Part shown: piece after piece, positions 54,417 through 62,916 of the stretch
Layout of the letters: every line of letters begins with the position of its first letter
Numbering within the stretch: position 1 is the first letter of the stretch
Source: a virus
Lineage: Duplodnaviria; Caudoviricetes
Strand: one strand, 5' to 3'
DNA: 64,000 nucleotides
Virus record (IMG/VR): IMGVR_UViG_3300009031_000368
Coordinates: 96,001-160,000 of that record
The notes under the pieces: generated by a model
What the model was told of the DNA's origin: nothing
The model's input: the letters and a program-made list of their open reading frames with translations, nothing else
The model's database searches: none
Program-made: the position numbers and the translations under genes

Positions 54417-56056
54417 ACTTGTAGGACGCCGTAACGGTACGCGGCTGAAACGATTTTTTGTCCAAGCGCCGACAGCCCCGACTGTAATTCTCCATATAGC
54501 GGATTATCGGCGATGATATCCCGTATTTGATACAGGCTGGCATTCCATGCACGATGATGACTTTTATCGGTTCGCAACGATGCGGTTGATACGACAAGAC
54601 GGGTAGCGATGTTCAACAGCCGTTCAGCGTCTGCGCCAAGCTGATAACGTTTTAGCATATGTGCCGCATGGCAATACATATGAGATTCTCGCGCAGTCAT
54701 GTTGATACAACATCTTGGCGTATTGTCAATGATATATTGTGGATCTAGCCAAAAGAAGTGATTGTAGTAGAATGGGCCTTCTGAAATAATTTGGTTATCT
54801 GGATGTAGCGCGGAAAACACGATGCAATCTGAAACAAATTGTTTCATTTTATGTGACGTATACTTTGTAACATTGATCCGTTGATTGAAATTTATGGCAG
54901 TAAGGCTTACCGATTTACCTACCGCAAAGCAAACGGCAGACTGTATGAAGTTAGCGGATGTAATGAGAAATGGCGATCCGCCACGATAGTCATCGCTCGA
55001 CGGGCCATTTATTGCGAAAGATTGGACGTTCCCAATGGTTGCTTCGACATTGGAGTTATGTGAAAATTTGGCAAGTGGCGGCCCACTACCACTCCAACCA
55101 TAAGGAATAGTCCTATCACTATAAAGTAATTCCTTACTCCTGAATCCTATCGTGTTACCTGAAGCTTCATCTATCACTGGAACCAATAGGCTTTTGCTTT
55201 TCTCAAAACTATAATCATGACAGGCAAACAATACATACTGCTCGCCTGATGGTGTAACGATAATCCGTTCAGGTGAACAGTAATTGGTTATCGTGAGATG
55301 TATAACAGGCAGCGGTGCCGCCAAAACGATACAACTATCGGCAATCCGTAGCCCGTAGTCTCTATACATATCGGACAATGACTTCATTGTGCCGACAGTA
55401 TAGCGTATCAACAATACAGTTGGCCTATTGGCCGATATGATCTGTGCCAAGTTTGAATCTGTTACCGTTCCATCTATAACAACTACTTCACGGTCATTGC
55501 TCCATCCAGGCATAACGCCATTCAGGTATTGCTCCATTACACGACTGGCACCATCGGTAACGCAATGCTCCGGATAACGGCCAGGCCGGTAGCCGACATT
55601 AAAACAGGAGGAAGATGCCATCTGGTTTATTGTCGTTACAGCATCACAGTAACTTAAAGGCGTGAATTCAAAATCAGATAAAGCGTCTATCAGGCTATGG
55701 TCAGGCGTAGAAGCAGCCTTCTTCCAGTCATAACGTTCAAACAGGTGATGTATGATGTCACCCGTATCTACCACATAGCAGGATTCTCGATCGGCCAACA
55801 GGATGACGTTAGGCGCATCGTAACCATTAAAGATGAGATTTCTGACATAGTGGACTGTTTGAGCCAATGCGCGGGGCCTTGATTGCCTGTTGCGGCGACT
55901 GAACTGAAGTTTAAATTCCATCAATAATCGCAAATCACCAACAACACCATAGCCATCGGTCCCAACCGGTGATGTAATGATGATACCTGGGAAGCTCTTC
56001 TGAAGTTCTGACTTATAAAAAGCTTCAACGTCTTTTTCATTTGTCGCAGTGAGCAT
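54413..56056 (-). CDS. Restriction-modification-like protein: N-terminal PD-(D/E)xK nuclease, degenerate methyltransferase region
   Basis: GTDGYG...LLMEFK...LAQTVHY nuclease-like core; C-terminal NHFFW and WNASLYQIR; no recognisable FxGxG or NPPY. Confidence 0.5.
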   Translation of the reverse strand: MLTATNEKDVEAFYKSELQKSFPGIIITSPVGTDGYGVVGDLRLLMEFKLQFSRRNRQSRPRALAQTVHYVRNLIFNGYDAPNVILLADRESCYVVDTGDIIHHLFERYDWKKAASTPDHSLIDALSDFEFTPLSYCDAVTTINQMASSSCFNVGYRPGRYPEHCVTDGASRVMEQYLNGVMPGWSNDREVVVIDGTVTDSNLAQIISANRPTVLLIRYTVGTMKSLSDMYRDYGLRIADSCIVLAAPLPVIHLTITNYCSPERIIVTPSGEQYVLFACHDYSFEKSKSLLVPVIDEASGNTIGFRSKELLYSDRTIPYGWSGSGPPLAKFSHNSNVEATIGNVQSFAINGPSSDDYRGGSPFLITSANFIQSAVCFAVGKSVSLTAINFNQRINVTKYTSHKMKQFVSDCIVFSALHPDNQIISEGPFYYNHFFWLDPQYIIDNTPRCCINMTARESHMYCHAAHMLKRYQLGADAERLLNIATRLVVSTASLRTDKSHHRAWNASLYQIRDIIADNPLYGELQSGLSALGQKIVSAAYRYGVLQV

Positions 56057-58010
56057 AAATTAGATACCCAATTCTATCAATATCTAAATCAGAACTAATT
56101 TTACCCGTCGCCATCGTATTGTTCCCGCCGCTTTTAGCAGTTATAACCTTCAACAGTTGAATGGCCGGATATCGTTCTGACAGTTCGGCCGATACTGATA
56201 TAACTATTTGTTGGCCATATTTCAGCACAACAATACATGGTCCGAAACGATCACGGAGTCTATCGGTTTGAAGTCGCATTTCTTCAACAGTGTTAAGTAT
56301 TGTATCGGATGCAATTATCAGCACATCAGACGATAGATTATAGAAACTATGTGAATCAGATTCCATATTAAAATCTGCCGCGACTCTTTTATACTCAATC
56401 AGCTGTCGTTCAAGGCTCTGGCACTTCTCCTTCAAATCCTTAACAGCTGTAACGGGATCACTGCCAAGCTCTTTCCGCAGCAATGTCATGATACAACTAT
56501 ATTGTTGCATGATGTTAAACGCATCGTCGCCGGCCACATATTTGAACCATCTCGCATATGGGCCACTTGAACCATAATCCAAAACTTTTACATGATGGCT
56601 GGTTTCAAACTTACTGATGATATCATCATCCACAGGCTTGTAGTGTTGAAACGTAGTCGTATATACGTTCATACCATCTGTTGATTCAAAATCATCAGAG
56701 ATGATAATGGCATGATTGCCAAAACTGTCTAATAATGCTGGTCCGATTGGACACATGCTGGTATCAACACATTGAACAACCGTTACGTGTTGAGTCTTGT
56801 CGATATCGCTTCTATCGGTAAAACGTTCAATGTTAACATCGGGCGCAATCAATTGCATGTCTTCACGATATATGCCGTATCTGTTTTTCAATTCCTTGAC
56901 GAACGTTTCATTAACTGTTTGACCGCCATTCCGTTTAACATATTCCAGATAGACCTTACTGCCACGATTCAGATTGCTCCAATAGAGATCTGTTTCAATG
57001 CCGAGCACATCAAAGATTGTTGTTTTATTCTCTTTCAACTTCGGATACACGTCAGACATCGTATCGATAACCGATTTGACTGGTGCCACAATATCATTCA
57101 ATCCAAGCAAGCCAGCATGCCTGATGGCGCGACGAATGATTTTCTTTACCACATGACCACGATCCTTTTCCGATGGGAAGACATACTCGGACAACAGGAA
57201 GACAATCGCGCGGCTATGGTCGGCAATGACACGAATCGATACATCACGATTTGGATCTATGCCATAATTGGCCGGGATTGATTCAATGATGGGAACAAAT
57301 AGATCGGTATCATAGTTGGATGTTTTACCTTGAAGCACAGACGCGACACGCTCCAACCCCATACCGGTATCAATATGTAGTCGGCCGGTGTCCTTCATGG
57401 TTCCATCCGGATCCATTACCTGTTGCATGAATACAATGTTCCAAATTTCAAGGTATCTGTTTGGCTCAACGATAGGATTAGTTCGTGGCAGATCCGGTGT
57501 TAGATCATAAAACACTTCAGTGCATGGACCGCATGGTCCACTATTACCCATTGTCCAAAAGTTATCTGAACACGGTGTAATGTTGCTATACCACACCAGA
57601 TCACTCCATACCCGATAGGCGTCAACATCTTGTGGATGTACGGTGATATGCAGTCTGGTTTTATCCACGCCGAGCCATCCCATCAGATGGTCAGCTTCCT
57701 CGATTACAGATACTTTTTCGTCTGTTGAAAACCTGAAGTTGCCCAGCATTTCAAAGAATGTATGGTGTCGTGGCGACTTGCCCACTTCTTCAAAATCGTT
57801 ATGCTTGCCTGATACCCGTAGGCACTTTTGGCATGTCGTTGCATTCCAGGGCTTTTGATTTCTTAGAAAATCAGGCTTAAATTGAACCATGCCGGAATTG
57901 GTAAAGAATAGCGTGTCATCATCGGGGACAATCAACGATGACGGACGCTGCCAATAGCCTTGCTGCTTAAAGAAATGCAGGAAGTTATTTCTGATATCTA
58001 TTGACTTCAT
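56037..58010 (-). CDS. alaS: Alanyl-tRNA synthetase, editing domain degenerate
   Basis: FFTNSGMVQFK, QKCLRVSGKHND, HHTFFEMLGNF, EIWNIVFMQ, IDTGMGLERV, VIADHSR, IIRRAIR; C-Ala KSGGNNTMATG; no HxxxH or CGGTH. Confidence 0.93.
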   Translation of the reverse strand: MKSIDIRNNFLHFFKQQGYWQRPSSLIVPDDDTLFFTNSGMVQFKPDFLRNQKPWNATTCQKCLRVSGKHNDFEEVGKSPRHHTFFEMLGNFRFSTDEKVSVIEEADHLMGWLGVDKTRLHITVHPQDVDAYRVWSDLVWYSNITPCSDNFWTMGNSGPCGPCTEVFYDLTPDLPRTNPIVEPNRYLEIWNIVFMQQVMDPDGTMKDTGRLHIDTGMGLERVASVLQGKTSNYDTDLFVPIIESIPANYGIDPNRDVSIRVIADHSRAIVFLLSEYVFPSEKDRGHVVKKIIRRAIRHAGLLGLNDIVAPVKSVIDTMSDVYPKLKENKTTIFDVLGIETDLYWSNLNRGSKVYLEYVKRNGGQTVNETFVKELKNRYGIYREDMQLIAPDVNIERFTDRSDIDKTQHVTVVQCVDTSMCPIGPALLDSFGNHAIIISDDFESTDGMNVYTTTFQHYKPVDDDIISKFETSHHVKVLDYGSSGPYARWFKYVAGDDAFNIMQQYSCIMTLLRKELGSDPVTAVKDLKEKCQSLERQLIEYKRVAADFNMESDSHSFYNLSSDVLIIASDTILNTVEEMRLQTDRLRDRFGPCIVVLKYGQQIVISVSAELSERYPAIQLLKVITAKSGGNNTMATGKISSDLDIDRIGYLIYAHCDK

Positions 58011-58203
58011 TTTACTCTCATCGAATAATCGCATGCCATATATTCAGCATCGTCTTTTGTCGTCAATGTGATGAACTAGCTAACCTCAGATGTCCAATAA
58101 TGATCGGTTGGTAAATCGTTATACCAAATCATCATCCCGCATCGTTCGCAACACCGACGCTCAGAGCCATAAGGTTGACCGTTTTGTGTCTTTAGATGTA
58201 AAA

Positions 58204-58644
58204 TTAACATACCAGGTTCACAAGATCCGAGAATCCGTATTCTTTAATCAGATTCTCGGTACACGCCATCAGTGGTTTCGGCCAATCCTCTAGATCATAA
58301 ATCTTGAACCAGCCAAATTCAGTAAATTTATCTGGTTCCATGATTCGAGCCTTGGTTGGATTAGTTACTACGGCAGTCATCCACACCGTTACATAATGCT
58401 TGCCTTCCGGCATGATGTCATTAACGGCTGTAAGAAAACTCACCGGTCCTAACTCGATGTCAAACTCTTCTTTTGACTCACGCCGGACACACTGTTTAAA
58501 CGATTCCCCATATTCCAGGTGACCACCTGGGAATGCCCATGTGCCGGATTGATGACTGCCGGTACGTTTACCCAATAGAATATAGCAATCACCGTCAAAA
58601 TGACTCATGGCAATAACCGCTGTTCCAACAAGTGGGCGATTCAT
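58204..58644 (-). CDS. Nudix hydrolase (MutT/NUDT15-like)
   Basis: Nudix box PGGHLEYGESFKQCVRRESKEE, IMEPDK. Confidence 0.9.
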   Translation of the reverse strand: MNRPLVGTAVIAMSHFDGDCYILLGKRTGSHQSGTWAFPGGHLEYGESFKQCVRRESKEEFDIELGPVSFLTAVNDIMPEGKHYVTVWMTAVVTNPTKARIMEPDKFTEFGWFKIYDLEDWPKPLMACTENLIKEYGFSDLVNLVC

Positions 58645-59419
58645 AGCCGTACTCCTTCCGTGATTTGATGCAATTGATTGCGCTGACTGATGAATGTATC
58701 GTTGAGATAACGGCAGAGCACAATTTCTGATTTAGCAGGATCAAAACGTTCATCCGTTACAACGGTAACCAGCACCGGCCGGTTGGTAATGATTGAATTG
58801 TCATTAACCTTAACTTCCGGCCGGATCCGAAACGTTACACCAGGTAACCAATCGATATAATAATCAATCGCTGAACCGGTGAGATCTGTAACAAAACAAG
58901 TATCGGCTTCCCATTGAAGCGAATTCAACAGTCGTTGACACTTTGCTGCGCTGAATGAAGGCGCGACACGCATCTGGAATCGCAAAACGGCATGCTCGGT
59001 AATATACCATCGGTTAATCATCACTCATTCCAATATCTAGGAGTATTCGATTCAACGTGGAGCGCAAAATCTAATGCGGCTTCATTCTCCTCATCAAACG
59101 TCACACCGACATCGTAATATGTTCCAAAGTCATGCGGACACGCCTTTATTTCAAAAACGACTCCTTCCGGAGGCGGAAATCGACGTTCCAACATCGCCCT
59201 AAATCGCTTACATTCACGCATGGCTTTCTGTTCATAATCGGGATTGCCGACCTGTGCGCAATACTCTTCACATGGCGCAGGACCAATACTCATATATCCC
59301 ATGGATGTATCCTCCTTCATGGCACATGATATCACGAAAACATCAAATTGACAAATTATAGGCTGGGAATCGTTTCTGACAGAAGATTGTAGACGTGGAG
59401 ATTTGGATCGAACCAACAA
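58641..59419 (-). CDS. Two hypothetical proteins (58641..59024, 59021..59419)
   Basis: First has ITEHAVLRF (DUF4258-like); second probably starts near 59292 behind its own promoter. Confidence 0.5.
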
Positions 59420-59889
59420 GAATGCCGGATTGTTTCAAACAGTTCATCATCTTGTTTAAAACGAGCGAATGCCATACCGACAGCCGACGATCTGCTAATA
59501 CCAGCAAAGCAATGAATTACAAGAAAATCATCACCGATCTGTTTGAAGAATTCGACGAGACGACCGGCTATTTCGCTTGTCATGGCCTTTCTGCTATAGC
59601 TATCGCGTTCAATATCGAAGAATTTAAATTCGCCGACGTGGTTATAGAACCCACCATGCAGTTCCGGTAACCGGTACCCCGGATCGCTGATACGTAGACA
59701 GCTAACTTGTTGACAGGTTGGTGGCTCCATCAGATTGACGGCATCTTCTTCACTGAGAATGAGAATACCATGATGGATTAATGTCTCATCCAGCTCAACT
59801 CGTGGCTTGTATCTTAACAACCCGCTCCCGGCATATTGGTCCATATAGGTGCAGTGATCTTTTCCACAAATTTTACAATCAATCATCAA
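59356..59889 (-). CDS. Cys-based (CX5R) phosphatase
   Basis: VIHCFAGISRSSAVG P-loop, FDPN. Confidence 0.82.
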   Translation of the reverse strand: MMIDCKICGKDHCTYMDQYAGSGLLRYKPRVELDETLIHHGILILSEEDAVNLMEPPTCQQVSCLRISDPGYRLPELHGGFYNHVGEFKFFDIERDSYSRKAMTSEIAGRLVEFFKQIGDDFLVIHCFAGISRSSAVGMAFARFKQDDELFETIRHSCWFDPNLHVYNLLSETIPSL

Positions 59890-60538
59890 ACGACGATACT
59901 CCTAGAAATTTCAACAAATAAATCATGAAGTTCACCATATCGAGAAAGAGGTTGATGGCAAGCGTGGTTGCCTGTCCCCAGCCTGAAACTTGGGTATCGC
60001 GCACCATCATCATATCGACAAGAAAGAATGCAGCGAAGACAACCATTCCAACAATACTGAACAATAAATTGGCACCAGCCGAGAATGCCACGAAAAGATT
60101 GACACAGCTGACTAGGATCAGACCAAGCAATGCGATCAGTAACCAGTTTGAAACCTTCCTGTAATCGAAACTGACCAAACAGGCAATAAAGCCCATCGCA
60201 GCGAGCACAAATACTGTTGCCAGGTAGCTTGTCATCACGGTACCTGTTCCAAGCCTGTCGGCATAACTGGCAAATGAGGGACCAAGCAACAGCCCTTCCA
60301 GATATGCGAATACGCCAGATGTTGGAATACACCACATATTGTTTTCTGCAGCAAGCATATTGGTTAGAAATAATGTAGCAAACAGCATTACGACAAGCAT
60401 CACAATCCCGGCTGTTCCAATAATGGCAGCTGAACCGTATGTTGTCCAAACACCTAGCGCACAGATGGCATTCAGCATGGCCAGTACCGTCATGGTGCGA
60501 GAAAATGTCGTGCTAAAACTGTCATAGATAAAACTCAT
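59879..60538 (-). CDS. BAX inhibitor-1/YccA family membrane protein
   Basis: About 7 TM helices; FAYLEGLLLGP, LAINLFLDMVNFMIYLLK; start ATG 60538. Confidence 0.85.
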   Translation of the reverse strand: MSFIYDSFSTTFSRTMTVLAMLNAICALGVWTTYGSAAIIGTAGIVMLVVMLFATLFLTNMLAAENNMWCIPTSGVFAYLEGLLLGPSFASYADRLGTGTVMTSYLATVFVLAAMGFIACLVSFDYRKVSNWLLIALLGLILVSCVNLFVAFSAGANLLFSIVGMVVFAAFFLVDMMMVRDTQVSGWGQATTLAINLFLDMVNFMIYLLKFLGVSSFDD

Positions 60539-60548
60539 ATTTGTTTCC

Positions 60549-61292
60549 TTAAATTTCAATAGTTGCTTTAACGTTAAACTGCTTATTTTCTCCACGGTAC
60601 CCAAGCGGATTACGGACATGCCTGGTATTACCGATCACAACATCCATAGTGGAATGGCTGTGGCCGTGGATCCATACAGCCGGGCGCTTTCTAAAATCTT
60701 CGTGCAACATATCACACACGTAAAATCTGTTCAGTGGATTTCCACGAAAACAGTCATCTATCAATTGGTAGCCAGGCAAGTGATGAGTTACCATAACGTC
60801 AGCACCACAATGCCTGATGAAGTCAACAGACTTCTTGTTGGTTTCATATACCCATGGTACGAATCCTTGAATCAGTCTGAAGTCATTCATTTGAGACCGG
60901 TAACAAACGTTCAAGGGATCATCTCTGAACCACATCGTGGCACCGGCGATTGTGACGCCATCAATATCTATCGATGTGCAATCAAGTGCATGGTAGCCGG
61001 AGATTTCAGCCAATAGCACTGACATGTAATCAGCAACTACAGCTGGACTGGTTCCATAATAGGTGTGATTACCGGGTACTTCAATGACATGCTGGAATGT
61101 CTTACAAAGGATTTCGATATTCCGCCGATGAAATCCACCAACGGTGCCGTCTCGTTTAACAATTTCCGACATATCACCGGCAACAATCAATACATCGGCA
61201 GACTTGTTGCGGCAGATGGTGTTTACCCAGCTCAATCCCATGTCGGAATGAAAAAAGTCTAGGTGCAGATCACTTAGGTACTGAATTATCAC
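60549..61292 (-). CDS. Calcineurin-like metallophosphoesterase
   Basis: SDLHLD, AGDM, PGNHTYY, THHLP, WIHGHSH. Confidence 0.9.
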   Translation of the reverse strand: MIIQYLSDLHLDFFHSDMGLSWVNTICRNKSADVLIVAGDMSEIVKRDGTVGGFHRRNIEILCKTFQHVIEVPGNHTYYGTSPAVVADYMSVLLAEISGYHALDCTSIDIDGVTIAGATMWFRDDPLNVCYRSQMNDFRLIQGFVPWVYETNKKSVDFIRHCGADVMVTHHLPGYQLIDDCFRGNPLNRFYVCDMLHEDFRKRPAVWIHGHSHSTMDVVIGNTRHVRNPLGYRGENKQFNVKATIEI

Positions 61293-61343
61293 GTTCTGTT
61301 TACCTGCTTCAGTATGAATCTAAAACATCTTGTCGGTTGGCCA

Positions 61344-61790
61344 TCATGCACGTCCTTTACTAAAGTCAACGAAGTAAACGTTGTCGATTATTTCGTCAAC
61401 AACCAGCTTAGTATCGGCTTTCATTTCTGGCGATTCTTTTGCCGGCCAGTTGATGATTCCTGGTTCACCGTTATTGCTATTACCATATGCGCAATTGATT
61501 GCAACAACTCGGTTCCATGGAATCCTAATTCCGTATAAAGCATCAAACGACAGCTGACACGACATTCCTTCATCATCGGCAGTAGGGCAAATGATGCTCA
61601 TAAATTGAGCCGGGAACTGCAATACCGTCAACGATTGACCATCTTCCGCCACATATGCCGGGAATCCCATTGATTTCTTTTCATCAGGTGTCCCGCCGAC
61701 AACGACATAAAAGTCAAGATCAAAGGCTACCATTATGTCAACCATCATTCGCAATGGATGCTGAAATTCATCTTTCTTGATGGCTGACAT
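61344..61790 (-). CDS. SspB-like ClpXP adaptor (putative)
   Basis: CQLSFDALYGIRIPWNRVVAI resembles the SspB core (F-G...IP...V.AIY); start ATG 61790. Confidence 0.45.
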   Translation of the reverse strand: MSAIKKDEFQHPLRMMVDIMVAFDLDFYVVVGGTPDEKKSMGFPAYVAEDGQSLTVLQFPAQFMSIICPTADDEGMSCQLSFDALYGIRIPWNRVVAINCAYGNSNNGEPGIINWPAKESPEMKADTKLVVDEIIDNVYFVDFSKGRA

Positions 61791-61791
61791 G

Positions 61792-62487
61792 TTATCCTCT
61801 ATCACACGTAAGAAGTTGAGCAATGAGTAAAAAGGGAGCAAACGGAATAGATACCACGATGGCAACAATGTCAAGTTTTGGACCAAATGTTGAACCATGT
61901 GACGTCATTGCCAGTTTTCCCAGAATCGCTGGGAATCCGATGATAAAAAACGGAATAGATACAATGTTACATAACAGCTTCATCGTTCACCTCAACGGCA
62001 ATCCGGATGACGTATAACCTGACGACACATCGGTTACAATGTTTTTACCGCGCGCCTCACGCCGAAGTGATAGCAGCTCTGACAATTCGTCATCCGACAG
62101 ATTCCCAGCGGATCGGCCCGACAACAAGTCAAGACGATTCGACATTGCATTGGATGTGAATCTCGTCATATACTGGTCTGCCTCATGACAAGACAATACA
62201 GCCCTTGCGGGGAGAAAAACGACATCTGTACTGTCATTGCAAGATATCACGTTAACAGCAAATTCATCAAGCCTATCGATAAATTCATCATGGCCGTTCC
62301 ACTCTTTTTCATAATCTTCTCGATATCTGATGATATCGGCCAGCATTACAATATCGATTATATGACAGCTATTCCAGACACGCTTGGCGGTGTCGTCGTA
62401 TCCGGCCATCTCTTCAACAATATCATCAACCCTGGTTTCAATTTCCAGCAATGACTCTAAAAACGTTTTAAACGATGTTACGTCCAC
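61792..62487 (-). CDS. Hypothetical proteins (61792..61983 membrane, 61987..62487)
   Basis: Co-oriented ORFs. Confidence 0.5.
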
Positions 62488-62515
62488 GCTATGCTCCCTG
62501 AATCAATGTATGGCT

Positions 62516-62543
62516 ATATTGTCACAAACGTCGAATTTGTCAA
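62516..62543 (-). promoter_or_regulatory. Sigma70-type promoter
   Basis: TTGACA-N16-CAATAT with TG extension. Confidence 0.5.
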
Positions 62544-62551
62544 CGACATTT

Positions 62552-62908
62552 TTAGATTGACGTGTTGTTCCCGCCCGTCATTGCTGCGACGTCGCGTTCC
62601 CGTTTACGCATTTCTACACTTTTACGCAGGATAGAATCCAGTATTCCCATGTGCTCATCAAGAAAGCCTTCCGGCCAATCCTTGACTGCACCATAGCGGT
62701 TGACGACCACCTGTTCGCCGTTAAATTCAAATCGGACATCATCGGCATCAAGTCGTCCTTCAACGATCATGAGCCGAAGCGCATCAAATGTCGCCGGTTC
62801 ATTAACGGATAAGCAGGTATTGTGACGCCCTACTCCTTCATAGAAGGCAAGTATCTTTTCAGCCTTTTCGCGAGCTGACTCCGGGTTATCGATGACAACA
62901 GTTAACAT
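62552..62908 (-). CDS. Stand-alone DUF3696-like domain
   Basis: FDALRLMIVEGRLDADDVRFEF...VNRYGAVKDWPEGFLDE. Confidence 0.6.
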   Translation of the reverse strand: MLTVVIDNPESAREKAEKILAFYEGVGRHNTCLSVNEPATFDALRLMIVEGRLDADDVRFEFNGEQVVVNRYGAVKDWPEGFLDEHMGILDSILRKSVEMRKRERDVAAMTGGNNTSI

Positions 62909-62916
62909 GATGTTAC

